DNA of 64,000 nt from Ramazzottius varieornatus (Eukaryota > Animalia > Tardigrada): NCBI GenBank assembly GCA_001949185.1, contig BDGG01000004.1, positions 397,620 to 461,619 on the forward strand. The letters run 5' to 3'. A model generated the notes under the pieces. That model saw only the letters and a program-made list of their open reading frames with translations, did no database searches and was not told where the DNA came from. Positions 52,801 through 64,000 of the stretch are shown here, piece after piece; within the stretch, counting starts at the first letter, position 1, and each line of letters begins with the position of its first letter. The position numbers were made by a program, and so were the translations under genes.

Positions 52801-55800
52801 CATTTCGGCAAAGAAGAACCAGCTGGACATTGCCAACAGTTTGATCAAGTACAAAGCGGACCCCAATGCCGAGTCGAAGGCTGGATTTACGCCGGTGCAT
52901 TTAGCTTCCCAGGAAGGCCATACCGAGATGCTTTACATGCTGGTGAAGAATGGCGGCGACGTTAACGCTCGAGCTAAGGTACTTCCAGGCTCATCTCCTC
53001 ACGAAATATGGTAGTGCTTCCTTTGGTTCTTCAGCAATTAAAAATTCGTTCTGTGTTTTAGAATGGCTTAGCACCTCTTCATTTAGCGGCTCAAGAAGAC
53101 CATGTACCCATTGGCGAAATTTTGGTCCAGAACAAAGCTGAACTGAATCCCGAAACTAAGGTCTTTACGAACGAAGAAGAACAATTTGGCATTTTTCTAG
53201 GCTAGTTTTGTCCTAACATCTGTAATGGTTTGCAGGCTGGATATACGCCATTGCACGTTGCCAGTCACTTCGGCCAGCTGAACATGGTGCGCTTTTTGCT
53301 GGATCAAGGCGCCGACGTCAACTTGAAGACCTCGGTGAGTAAACTGTAGCCACTCAAGGAACCTTTGCCATTTAGTCTCCTTCACGACATGGCACTTTAT
53401 GCAATTACATAACCAATACATAATGCCCAGTCAGCGGCTACGTGGGCATAGTCTGTTCAAGCGCTTAACAATCATGCTTTGCTTTCCCATTGAAAGTGAT
53501 CTAAATTCCACGGTGCCGATTTCAGTCAAAAGTCCCATGTGAAATTTTATACGGAAAGAAATAGCTGTTCTACGTTTCTCTATGTGGAGTTTTGAATGTC
53601 GCCTTGTTCTTGCAGTACGGATACACGCCTTTGCATCAAGCAGCCCAACAAGGCCAGACACAGGTTGTCAACGTCCTGTTGCAACATCAAGCTCAACCCA
53701 ACGAAGTCAGCAACGTAAGTATTCCCTCCACGAAAAGTTTCCTCAGTTTTCAGCGACAAAACGCGCTGTTAAATGTCTTCATCATACATCGATTTTCAAG
53801 TTTATAACACCGATATGTGCGTGCCAGAATTTGTAAAAATTTTGGTACGTATGTATTACGCTGGTCAATCACGATGTGGTCTCACATGTTCCGACGTTTC
53901 GACCGTTCATTGGCGAACTTCTCTCTAATAATTGTGTCCGTGATTGCAGCAAGGGCAGACTGCCTTGTCGATCGCTGAAAAGCTCGGTTACGTGTCGGTC
54001 GTGGAGACCCTCAAAGTCGTCACCGAGACTATTGTCACTACCACAACGACCACCGTCACCGAAGAGAAGCTCAAAGTCCAGCAGCCCGAGTCGATGCAGG
54101 AGGCCTTCATCAGCGACAGTGAAGACGAAGCTGGTGAGTGCTGCAGTAAAACCCTAGGTCTAGGCTTTAGCTTTTTTCCGTCGTAGTAAAAGTATTACGT
54201 CTCAAGTAAAGTACGTACAGTACGGTTCGGTGGTTTTTCAAGTATCATCCTTGTTACGGTGGTGGGATGCTTTTAATTTTCCGTCCAGTAACTTTCTTTG
54301 CTTCGCGAAATGCTCTCGGTGGTGGGACGGTGCTGACTCTGTGCTACTTCAAACAGCTACGGATGACGACTCTGACTTTTCGGAGCCTGAAGAATTAATC
54401 TGGTGACCGGGTCTACCTTCTCCTCTTCTTCTTCTACCCTACTCTTTCTACTGCACAGTTGCTCAAGTGGGTGACGGGGCTTCTTTTTCCGCGTGAATGT
54501 TTCCCCTGCACGAATCACCACACCTTTGCATGACTCTGTCTCCCCTCATGTAGACAAACGCATGGATGACGAGGAAGACGAAGGTCTGGCTCGCTATAGT
54601 CCCGATACCGATCATATTGTCTACTCCCCCACACCGCCCGAGCGCCACCAAGTAATGATCGAAGAACGCGTGGTCCACCAAGAGCTCCCAGGTATACCCA
54701 CCCGTGCACGTAACCCGAAAGTTACCACCACTACCATCACCACCCTCATCGCCACACCGTCCATCCGTAAGGACCGCTCGAAGAGCCCAGACTACCACGC
54801 TGAACTTTCGTACGAAGACTCGGCCGGTATTCCCCTGCAAGGCGCCTACGATGACGATCAAAAGGAACGCGAACATTACACCGAACATGTTACACAGGAG
54901 CATATCGAGCCCACAGAGTACGAACACACCATTCATACACGCAATGCTCCTCGCGGTGGACGGTCAACCGAAGACATGGTCCCGTACGATGGTACCGATG
55001 AACAGATCCAGTACCAGCATTCCATCGTGAAGAACACTATACCGAAGTCGCCCGTCCATGTGACTTCAGACTACAAGCAGTACGAGACTACCACCAAGGA
55101 AGTCACAAATATCGAGTCGCGAGGGTACGCTCCGCGTCATGTCCCTGATGTGGTAGTGCTGACTGAACGTACCGAGTCCCGCTCAGGCATGACCTCGCCC
55201 ATGCAGGTTCGCACCGGGGAGTACAGTGAGGCTCAACGGGTGCCGGCGAAGTCCGCGCAGGATAACGAGAATTTCATCCGGTTCGAGCTGGTAGCGCCAC
55301 CAACACCGCCTTCGCGGAAACGTGAGGAGAGTCCGCTGACGAATGGTACCAAGAAGAAGCGTAGGTGGTTCTCGTTTGGTAGTCGTGACAAGAGTCGGCC
55401 TGCGGCTGAGAACGAAGCCAAGACTAGTACAAAGAGCAAGGATAAGTCCTCGAAGAAGCGCAGTAAGTCATCGGTGGCCGAGTCCGCTGCGACCGCTTCC
55501 AAAGTCACCAAGCGATTCGACTCTCCGCAGATCGAAACGTTGCACGAAGATCAGACCGAGTCATCCGCAGTGAAAACTTCAAAGGAAAAATCGAGCAAGT
55601 CGAAGGATAAGTCCAAATTCAAAGAAAAAGTCGCCGTGGTCGATCAGCAGTTTGTGAACGAACGAGCGTTGAGGTCACCCAACACGATTGAGTCTATTGA
55701 TGAAAAGTCCCGAAGGGAAGTTCTTCCGGACGACGCTGAGCTAACTATGGAACGGCTGGAACAGCGTGAGCGGGCATACAAGGAGAGTCTGGAACGTGCG

Positions 55801-58800
55801 CCAAATCAGACAGTGGAGCGTCTGGGCGAGGCCATCCACCAACTCAGTCCCGAGTCAGCCAAATTAGCCCGTCGTACCACACCAAAAGACGCTACCAACG
55901 AGGCCATTCACGCGACTTACAGCCAGTTTAAATCACCCAAAGACCGTCTGGTCGAACAGCTGTCACAGGGTACCGCGCGAGTCGTGGTCGATGATGACGA
56001 CAGGGTAGAAACAGCTTATTCACATAGTCCGAGTATCAGGCACATCAACGGACCACGGGAAGGTACTGTGGAACAGTTGAACGAGTACACTCAACAAAAC
56101 GTCCAGCCTGACAGCCCAACGAAGAAAGACCGGGGTATGGCCATGTTCGCCCACAGACGAAAAGCCAGCGAAGTCGATAGCGATGACGAGAACGACGCCC
56201 TTGAACAGAACACCCAAAAAACCAAAGTCAAAACACCGAAGGAGAAGATCGTCGAGATGTTGAGTGAGGGTCGCCATGAATTCCAGGTAGCTGAGCATGA
56301 GGATGACAGTGATCGAAAGTACAAGAACAAGCCACTGAACGTCAAGCGCGCGGCTTCACCTGGGGATGACGAAGTGGAAGTCTTGGACGAAAGTGTAGTC
56401 GACACCGAACTGGCTGATGGTACACAACGTAGTCCGAAGACTGAACGTCAGTCACGTGGCCGTACTTCCCCACTAGTCGAGCGCGCAATTCACGATCGGG
56501 AGAATGTCCACTTGGAGGAAAACGTTCTGGTGCAGAATATCCCCGATAGCCCGCAAACTGAAAAACGAGGGAAGAACCTGAGCGTTACGATTACCCCAAC
56601 AGCCACGAAGAAATCCAGTATGAAGGGAAGCTCCCCAAGGACCGGAGCGACAGAACACATCGATGAGTCGGTTCGATCGACAAGCGTGGAGGATGAAGGA
56701 AGTGCTCAGAAGTCCCCGAGAAAACTTCAGTTCGCTCGCCGGTCGGTGTCTCAACAAGGTGAGACGGACACTGAAAGTGAGACGGACGACGATGAGGTTA
56801 ATCTCGACGAGAGTGTTCGCAAGGACAGGATCAAGAGGAAGCCTCACGTAAAAAGACAGAAGAAGGTCTCGAAGGAAGGATACGAGGCAGTCCCGACAGA
56901 CGAGTATTTGAACGAGCGAGTATCCCATAAAGAACTTCAACGGGAAATGTCTCTCGAAAAAGTCAAGCCCAAGAAGGACAAGGATAAAAGCACGAAAGAG
57001 AAGGTAGTGACAACTCGCCCGTTGAACTTGGATGACGAAGTGGGCCATGAAAGGGAGAACTTGGACGAGGCTGTGGTCATTGCGACAAGTCAGAACTTGA
57101 AGAACGGTGTACCGCTGACCGATGAGTACTATCAGCAGGAGTCGTACAGAGTCAAAGGTTCGCCTGGAAAGACCCGTAAAACTTCTCCTGGTCGACAGGA
57201 AAGAATCGAAACAGAGGTGATCACTACGATCGAGCCAGTTGAAAAAACAAAGTTAAAAGTCAAGCCCGAAAAGCCACCTAAGCCAGAAAAATTAAAGAAG
57301 GCGAAGACTCCCGAAGTCCCAATCCAGGAAGTCTTCGTGAGAATCGTGGACGTCACTGGTGCGCTGGAAGAACCCGAGACTGAAGAACAGCGACTGACCA
57401 AGAAGAAACTAGAAAAGGAAAGAGCCAAGCAGGAAAAGAAGTTTGCGGAAGAACGAGATAAAGCTGAGAAGGCCGCTGCGAAGGAACGGGAGAAGGCGGA
57501 GAAGGAAGCGCAGAAAGCAGCTAGGAAGGGTGCGACCGAGAAGAAATCGAAGGAGAAGGAGGACCGACTCGAACGTATCTCCGAGATCTCGGAGAAACAA
57601 GCCAGGTTGACACCTGATGACATCGAAATGATCGATGAGAATGTATCATTGCGCGAGCTGACTCCCACACCCGAACTCAAGACTAAAGTTCAGAAGGTGT
57701 TTCGAGAGAAGACGCCCACGAGGATTTCCATCGCGGAAGAAACTGAACGAAGCCGGATACTTGACTCCGGACTGGGTGACTCGCCTGTCGCGAGGAGTCC
57801 TTCGCAGCCGTTTTCGCCTGTTATCAAGTCACCGCGCGTGGAATCGGAGCGAACACAGAGAGCGGAAGCTGTTTCGCCCACGATGGAACAGCTAAAGGTT
57901 GGTGGGCATCGTAGCCGGTCAAAGTCACCGGGTGGCGACAAGACCGTGGTGGATTTGAACGAGAAGGTGGCAAAGACAAAGTCGCCGACAAGGAGTGACG
58001 CCGAGGGCGAAGGTGATGGGAGGACCCACGTGGAGCTGTATGAAACTCCGTGGGTACCGCTGAACAGGGAAGAAGACCGCGACGACGAAGGTCATATTGC
58101 TTCGTCGAACAGGAGGACGAGTAAGTATTATGAAACATGAAGTCCAACATTAAGTCAATAGGTTTGCACGAATGGGCTGGCTGATAAATAAATGAACGAA
58201 GTGACCGCATGGGCAAGACCTCACTCTGCATCGGCATGAAGAAAACGTGAGATGAGAATGCTGAGTTTTACCGCAGTATGTGGGCAAGCAGTCATCCCAC
58301 CACCGAACATCGAGAAATTAGATGGTTTCAGCGAATTAGAACAAATTTGTCATTATTTAACCACGCGTGTTTTAGGGCATGGTGAACTAATTTATCTATT
58401 TTAGATGAAGTGCCCGCCACATCGCCACCAGAACACACGTTCAACTACATGCAAGAGGCGACTCGAACGTACCCTGACCATCATGCTGAGCGTACCATGG
58501 AAGGTCAGGCACTGTACGCTTCCGGCTACTCGGAAGGTAAAATGAGTCCGCAAGTCGAGGCGAAGACCAGCCCGGTCCGAGTCTTGGCGCCACCCATAGC
58601 GGTACCACCTACTCGTGCCGAAAACGTAAACCAGGAAAACGTCCGCACCGAAAAGCGTCCCAAGGAGAATGGCTATCAGGAAACCCTATACGAAGACAGC
58701 GTAACGCACGCGACTCAGCAGCCGAGGAAACCGTCGACGTCTTGGAACCAGAAAGAAAGCTTCGAGCAAATGTAGGTTTGATTGATGAATCACGAGTCAA

Positions 58801-61800
58801 GAATTAGAGATAGTACTCCTGTAAATTAAGTTAATTGATACAGACCTGTAGAGAAATAACTATTGTCCGGAAGTTCAACGTTACCAACACAGTTTCCAGT
58901 TTCCTAGCACTTTGCCCGATGATAACATCATTGGCGAGATGTAGCCGCTAATGTTGCTCTGGATTAACCTTTTTCTGGTCCACTTCTGAAAATATTTCCT
59001 TATTGTTTAGCATACGGGAGGCCGAAGCGCGAAGGACAGATCAGCCCAACTACCATGCTGCGATTGTTGGTCACGAGCCGGAAACGGTTCGCGACGACTT
59101 GCACGAGCTGGAAGGTACCTTCGCTCCGGACAATGTCGATCTCCGAATGAACGCACCAATTCGTGGCGGGTAAGTGAATCTGAATTTCGGTTTTGACTGC
59201 AAGCTCGATGCATGGCGCCTTTTTATACCTTACTGGCTGCCACATAGCTTGCACTAAAACATCAACACCTGCTTGGGCGAAGCATTTCATGAGTTGAGGC
59301 TTTTACTTTCCCATATTTTCTCCTTGTAATTTCCTTGCTCAGTATGGCACTAACCCCAAATTAGCTTCCTGGTTCGCACGTACCGGTACTTTGGCCCTTT
59401 TTCCTAGCTCCTCGTTTGTCCACTCTCTAATGTGATCGTTGTGTGATCATTTATCCTTGTCAACTCTTGAAGTCTCAATGTCGTACTGACGCTGTGTTTT
59501 TCTCCGGTTTGTGCAGGAAACTCAGATGGAAAACGTAAGTACTCTGTGCACTTTAACGTACACTACAGTAAGTTGCTTCATCCAGCTATCCGCTACTCTC
59601 TTGGTTCCCTGTGTTCGTTGGGCTCTGGTACCGAAATTTCTAGTCGTGTTCACCGTGCTGGTACGTGTGGCCCTGACTTAACAAAAAATCTATAATGTCT
59701 GACATCCGAAAGCCCCTTTTTTCTAAGCTTTCAGATAACAATTCGGAGGTCGGCAAACGAGACGTACAAGATCTCTATCTAAGTGGCGCATACTTCCGTT
59801 GCCATTGGCTGGAAATGTGGGCCACTTCAGTATCAGTCCAGTGCGTTCTGTTTTTCTGCCCTCTAATTACCCCCAATTACCAATTTACCGTCTCCCTAAA
59901 ATTATCCAGATACTTTCAAACTAATTTCCAATAATTTAACCTAAAGTTTTGCCGGGTGAAACTTAACCATGAATTATCAGGTGGCGTCTTTCATTCTCAC
60001 ATTGACAGCACGGCATTGCTGCATCGCACACAAAACACCGCCGCGCTCAAGTGCACCGCGTGTTGTGATTAATTTGCCATCCTACCAGCGTATATTTCTT
60101 ATTTCATTTTTCCAAACGTCGTTCCAAGACAGTAGTGTTGATTGACTGCCTTTCTCTCTCCTTTCATGCGTGTGACAACAGTACCTTTTTGCGAGGCAGT
60201 TTTCTGGTGAGCTTCCTGGTGGATGCCCGTGGTGGCGCCATGCGCGGCTGCCGTCACTCTGGCATCCGTGTCATCATCCCACCTCGCAAGGCTCCTTGCC
60301 CCATGCGCATCACCTGCAAGTATTTGACCAAAGACAAGGTGGCCATACCGCCACCGCTGATGGAAGGAGAAGGTCTGGCTTGCCGCATTTTGGAAATGGG
60401 GCCGCTTGGAGCCAAATTCCTCGGGTAAGTACAGACCCATCGCCATGAGTTTTCGTAGGAAAAATTTCCAGTTCTTCAGTTCTCCCTTGTGAATCTCTGA
60501 TCGCCATCTGTCTGCCGTATTGATAGTTACGCTAGTGGCGCAGTGAAGAAAACTATATTGAATAATTCTTTTTCTCAGACCGGTCATCATCGAAATTCCC
60601 CACTTCGCCTCCCTGCGAGAAAACGAACGCGAGGTCCAGATCCTGCGCAGTGAGAACGGCCAGACTTGGAGGGAACACACACTGGAAGCTACGGAAGATG
60701 CCGTGCAGAAGGTTCTCAACGAAAGTTTCGACCCCGATGGTAAGACGATATTTTTTGGGATTGCATCTATCGAGCACACGGCGAAATTAGTCGAAGGCGG
60801 AAGAATGCAACGTTCGTCTTCTTCTTCAGAGCTGAGTGCCATTGAAGATCTGCAAACCAACCGCATCATCCGCATTCTCACCACCGACTTCCCTCTCTAC
60901 TTCGCCATTGTCTCGCGTATTCGCCAGGAAGTCCACGCCGTTGGACCTGACGGTGGCATCATCACATCGACTGTCCAGCCACAAGTACAGGCTCTCTTCC
61001 CCGAAGGGGCTCTGACCAAGAAGATCAAGGTCGGAGTACAAGCGCACGTCATCCCACCTGACGTCGTTGCTCGCCTCTTGGCTTCCAACCGCATCGCCGT
61101 CAGCCCCATTGTCACCGTCGAACCTCGTCGCCGCAAGTTCCACAAGCCCATAACGCTGACTATCCCTCTCCCTCGAGCAGCTGGCAAGGGCATGGTCAAC
61201 CAGTACACCAGCGACTCGCCCAATCTGCGACTCCTGTGCAGCATAACAGGTATGAACTATCGTAGAAAAACGGCTGATTATGCGTGCGTTATTCAGTTTG
61301 CCATAAAAGTCCGATGTGGAGATTGGAGAAAATCGAAATATTGTGAAAGTGTGATCTGATGAAATTGTTTCATGGGCCATGCTTTTTTTACAGGTGGTAC
61401 CACGCCAGCCCAGTGGGAGGATATTACGGGTTCGACGCCCTTGGTGATCGTGAACGACTGTATCCAGTTCACCACGACGGTCTCCGCCCGTTTCTGGCTG
61501 ATGGACTGTGGGCACAACATCTCGGAAGCTGTTCGATTCGGACATGCTGTATACTCCGATGCTTGTGTTGTACCGTACATGGCCAAGTTTGTCGTGTACG
61601 CTCGACGCTTCGATAACGAGGAAGCGCGACTCCGTGTCTTTTGTATGACTGACGACAAAGAAGACAAGACACTGGAACATCAAGAACGCTTTGTTGAGGT
61701 AAGAATTAGCTGACGCAAAAGGGCGAAATGCCGCCGAGATACTGGCGAACTTGTTATCGCTTACCGAACTTACCAGTCAATAGCAAACAGGTTCAAGGCA

Positions 61801-64000
61801 TCCACATTTCTTGTTTTAGGTGTCCAAGAGCCGCGACGTGGAAGTGTTGGAAGGCAAGAACCTATACATCGAAATGGCCGGAAACCTGATCCCGGTTACC
61901 AAGTCCGGCGACCAGATCCACTTCCCCTTTTACCCCTTCCAAGAGAACCGACTACCCTTCTTGGTCAAAGTCAAGGATCCCAATGACGATGCTCAAGGTA
62001 GACTGGCTTTCATGCGTGAAGCCAAGTCTGGACGAAACGACTTGCCTCAAACACCCATCTGCAACCTGAGCGTTCGTCTCCCCGACGAACTTAGCGTAAG
62101 CACAACACCTCATCCACTCCTTGTTCACGTATGACAGATCGTAATAAATCACCACGAAAGTGGTCAACCCATTCGTGAGTGGAGTAACGTTACGTTGACT
62201 GAACTTCGACGCAGCGTAGTTGAAACGTTGTCTTTCTACAGCCAATGGAACCAACTCAAGCGAAGGACCTGGTGACCATCGTCCGACGTCCCGTCTACAT
62301 GCGTGAGATCGGCAAGGCCGGATCAGTCCATAAGGCTGACGTCCGGTTACACGACGTGGCCGATATGGTTGGATCTGACTGGCCCGCCTTGGCTCAGCAA
62401 CTAGGCTTCCGCGATCCAGAGATCCAGTCTCTGATGGACGAAGAGCCCAAGACCAACATTCAGGCCTTCAACATGCTGCGCCGCTGGATCGCTCGTCGCG
62501 ACGTGACCAAGTCGGCCGGCAATGAACTGGAGCAAGCATTGAAACGCATTGGTCGAGACGACATCGTCAACAAAGTCATGTTTAACGTCAAGCTCCTGAC
62601 GGACGATCTGGACCGAACCATGGCTCGATTGAGTGTCGACCGGGACCAGGTGGGCTTCGATGCCTTGCACGAAGAGATCGGTCCGGGAACCAGCGCGGTG
62701 GAAGGAGGCACTGAAACCTTTGTTCGAGACTACGTCAGAGGGTAATGACTCGCTTTTACTTCCCCATTCCTCACTTTTTCCATGTATTCTAGAAGATAAG
62801 TGTATCATATTATACTTCTCCAGATACCGGGAACCAGTCAGAGCAGAATCGGAACCGACCAGTGAGACCACTTCGCTCCATGAACATGTTATGGAAGAAG
62901 GTATGTTGAATATTCAGCGGTGTTCCTTCGCTACTGTCCTCCTACAGGATTTGAAGTAGTACCGATAATGCGAAAATATCTGTGTAGAAGTGGGAGCGAA
63001 TCGAAGTGGAGAACCAGCTACCAAAGAGGTGCTCCATGAGCGTGTCACTCAGCAGAGACCTCCTAGCCCACCTCAACGCCAGATTTCCCAACGAGAAAGG
63101 GAGGAAGCTACGAGCCGGCTTTCTTCTACCATGCGATCTATGGACACGCCGGTACTCATGCGGGATGTCGAGAACACACGCGAAAGTGAGCGTCTGTACG
63201 AAACTGTCTGTAAGTATAACACAGTGCGGGCAGAGTACAGTGGCCGAATTGCTGTAGAGAAATGTCAACAACACTTCACACCATTGCGTTCCCCATGACA
63301 TGAAACGCACTTGATGAACGGCATCGACTTGCTTAAAATACATGAACTTCGTCTAACTTTTTTCCAGCTCAACGGGAAGTTGTGGAACCACGCGCAGTGG
63401 AAGTCCGCACGCTGACCGGACAAGTGTCGCCAACAGCCGAGGTGGTGGTCAGTCGTGAAGATGTTCGTCGTACTTCGCCCGCAGAACCTACCCCACCTTC
63501 GCCTCGAACCAAGCCTGTCCCACCTCCCCGTCACGATCAACCCCATGTTCAGTACGCTGAACACGTCTCGACGTTCGAGTTGCCCAAGGAGACTCCCACC
63601 TACGTTCGTGAGGCCGGAGTGGACGAGTCAACGCCCACAGTCAGCGAGGCCCGTCGCCTGTCCGGCCCTGCTCCTGCCGACGACAACGCCCAAAAGTCCA
63701 TCTCGCAGAAACAGTTCGAGACTGTCGAAACCGAACACGACGAAGACGGCAACTTGGTCACTAAGAAGACTATCACTACGGTCAAGACCACCCGCTCCAC
63801 ACGAACCATCACTGGTGGTAAGTAACGTCCCTTCGTTTCACACCATACTGTAGTACCGATGAATGACTACTGACTTACTTTACAGACCAAGACGAGCTGA
63901 TCAAGCAAGCCACCGAAGGTGAGCTCCGCAATATCCCGCAAAGCGTCCTTGGTGACGTCCAACAGCAAAGCCGAGTTGATATTTCTGGGCCGGAAATCAC
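49829..64000 (+). CDS. Ank2: Ankyrin (ANK repeats, ZU5-ZU5-UPA, death domain, C-terminal tail), multi-exon, 3' partial
   Basis: [24 protein letters not shown]; KGNTSLHI; [13 protein letters not shown]; [15 protein letters not shown] and further ANK repeats to 54133 ([15 protein letters not shown]). ZU5 [21 protein letters not shown] (from 60200); [19 protein letters not shown]; [23 protein letters not shown]; death domain [18 protein letters not shown] (~62350). The symbol denotes the invertebrate Ank2/unc-44 type. Confidence 0.96.
54554..58120 (+). CDS. Giant (3,567-nt) symmetric phase-1 exon of ankyrin between the ANK repeats and ZU5
   Basis: Lies within the 1215-aa ORF. Acceptor ctctgtctcccctcatgTAG|AC and donor ACGA|GTAAGT. 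Both ends are phase 1, matching the upstream donor at 54133 and the downstream acceptor at 58405. Confidence 0.8.
59517..59534 (+). CDS. 18-nt microexon of ankyrin (inserts KLRWKT before [12 protein letters not shown])
   Basis: Branch point TACTGAC, a pyrimidine tract, then TGCAG|GAAACTCAGATGGAAAAC|GTAAGT. Phase 2-2 matches the flanking exons (59011-59168 and from 60200). Confidence 0.8.

Noticed and set aside
54493-58140. The 1215-aa ORF as an independent nested gene or transposon ORF
   Set aside because: It is on the same strand as ankyrin, bounded by phase-compatible splice sites, and has no TE domains or terminal repeats.
50380-63812. Many antisense and alternate-frame ORFs over ankyrin exons (e.g. 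60099-60884, 60826-61683, 56473-57048)
   Set aside because: These are shadow ORFs produced by the codon bias of the real + strand exons.

Overview
This is eukaryotic (invertebrate animal) genomic DNA with mostly short GT-AG introns. Gene content and style suggest a compact ecdysozoan genome such as a tardigrade (inference only). In order, the window holds: the 3' part of ZGPAT (+); a secreted, degenerate Spondin_N protein (-); an orphan single-pass receptor with LRR-LDLa-LDLa-mucin-FN3-TM domains and a Tyr-rich tail (+); an intronless GT32-type glycosyltransferase pseudogene with two in-frame stops (-); an intronless HtrL/YibB-like gene (+); LRRC63-like (-); a GPCR TM6-TM7 fragment (+); a minimal ERI1-family DEDDh exonuclease (+); tau-tubulin kinase (+); a decayed Toll receptor (-); and a large ankyrin gene (+) that runs off the window end. 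There are also several TA-flanked MITEs and two Helitron/Helentron-type non-autonomous elements. The most striking observation is a splicing switchboard in the ankyrin ANK-repeat/ZU5 linker. It comprises a 3,567-nt symmetric giant exon (about 1,189 aa, with a recurring E-x-L/I-D/N-E motif) at a position different from the known giant-ankyrin exons, two alternative upstream acceptors that would truncate the protein after the ANK repeats, and an 18-nt microexon just before ZU5. All exon boundaries were read by eye and no database searches were run.
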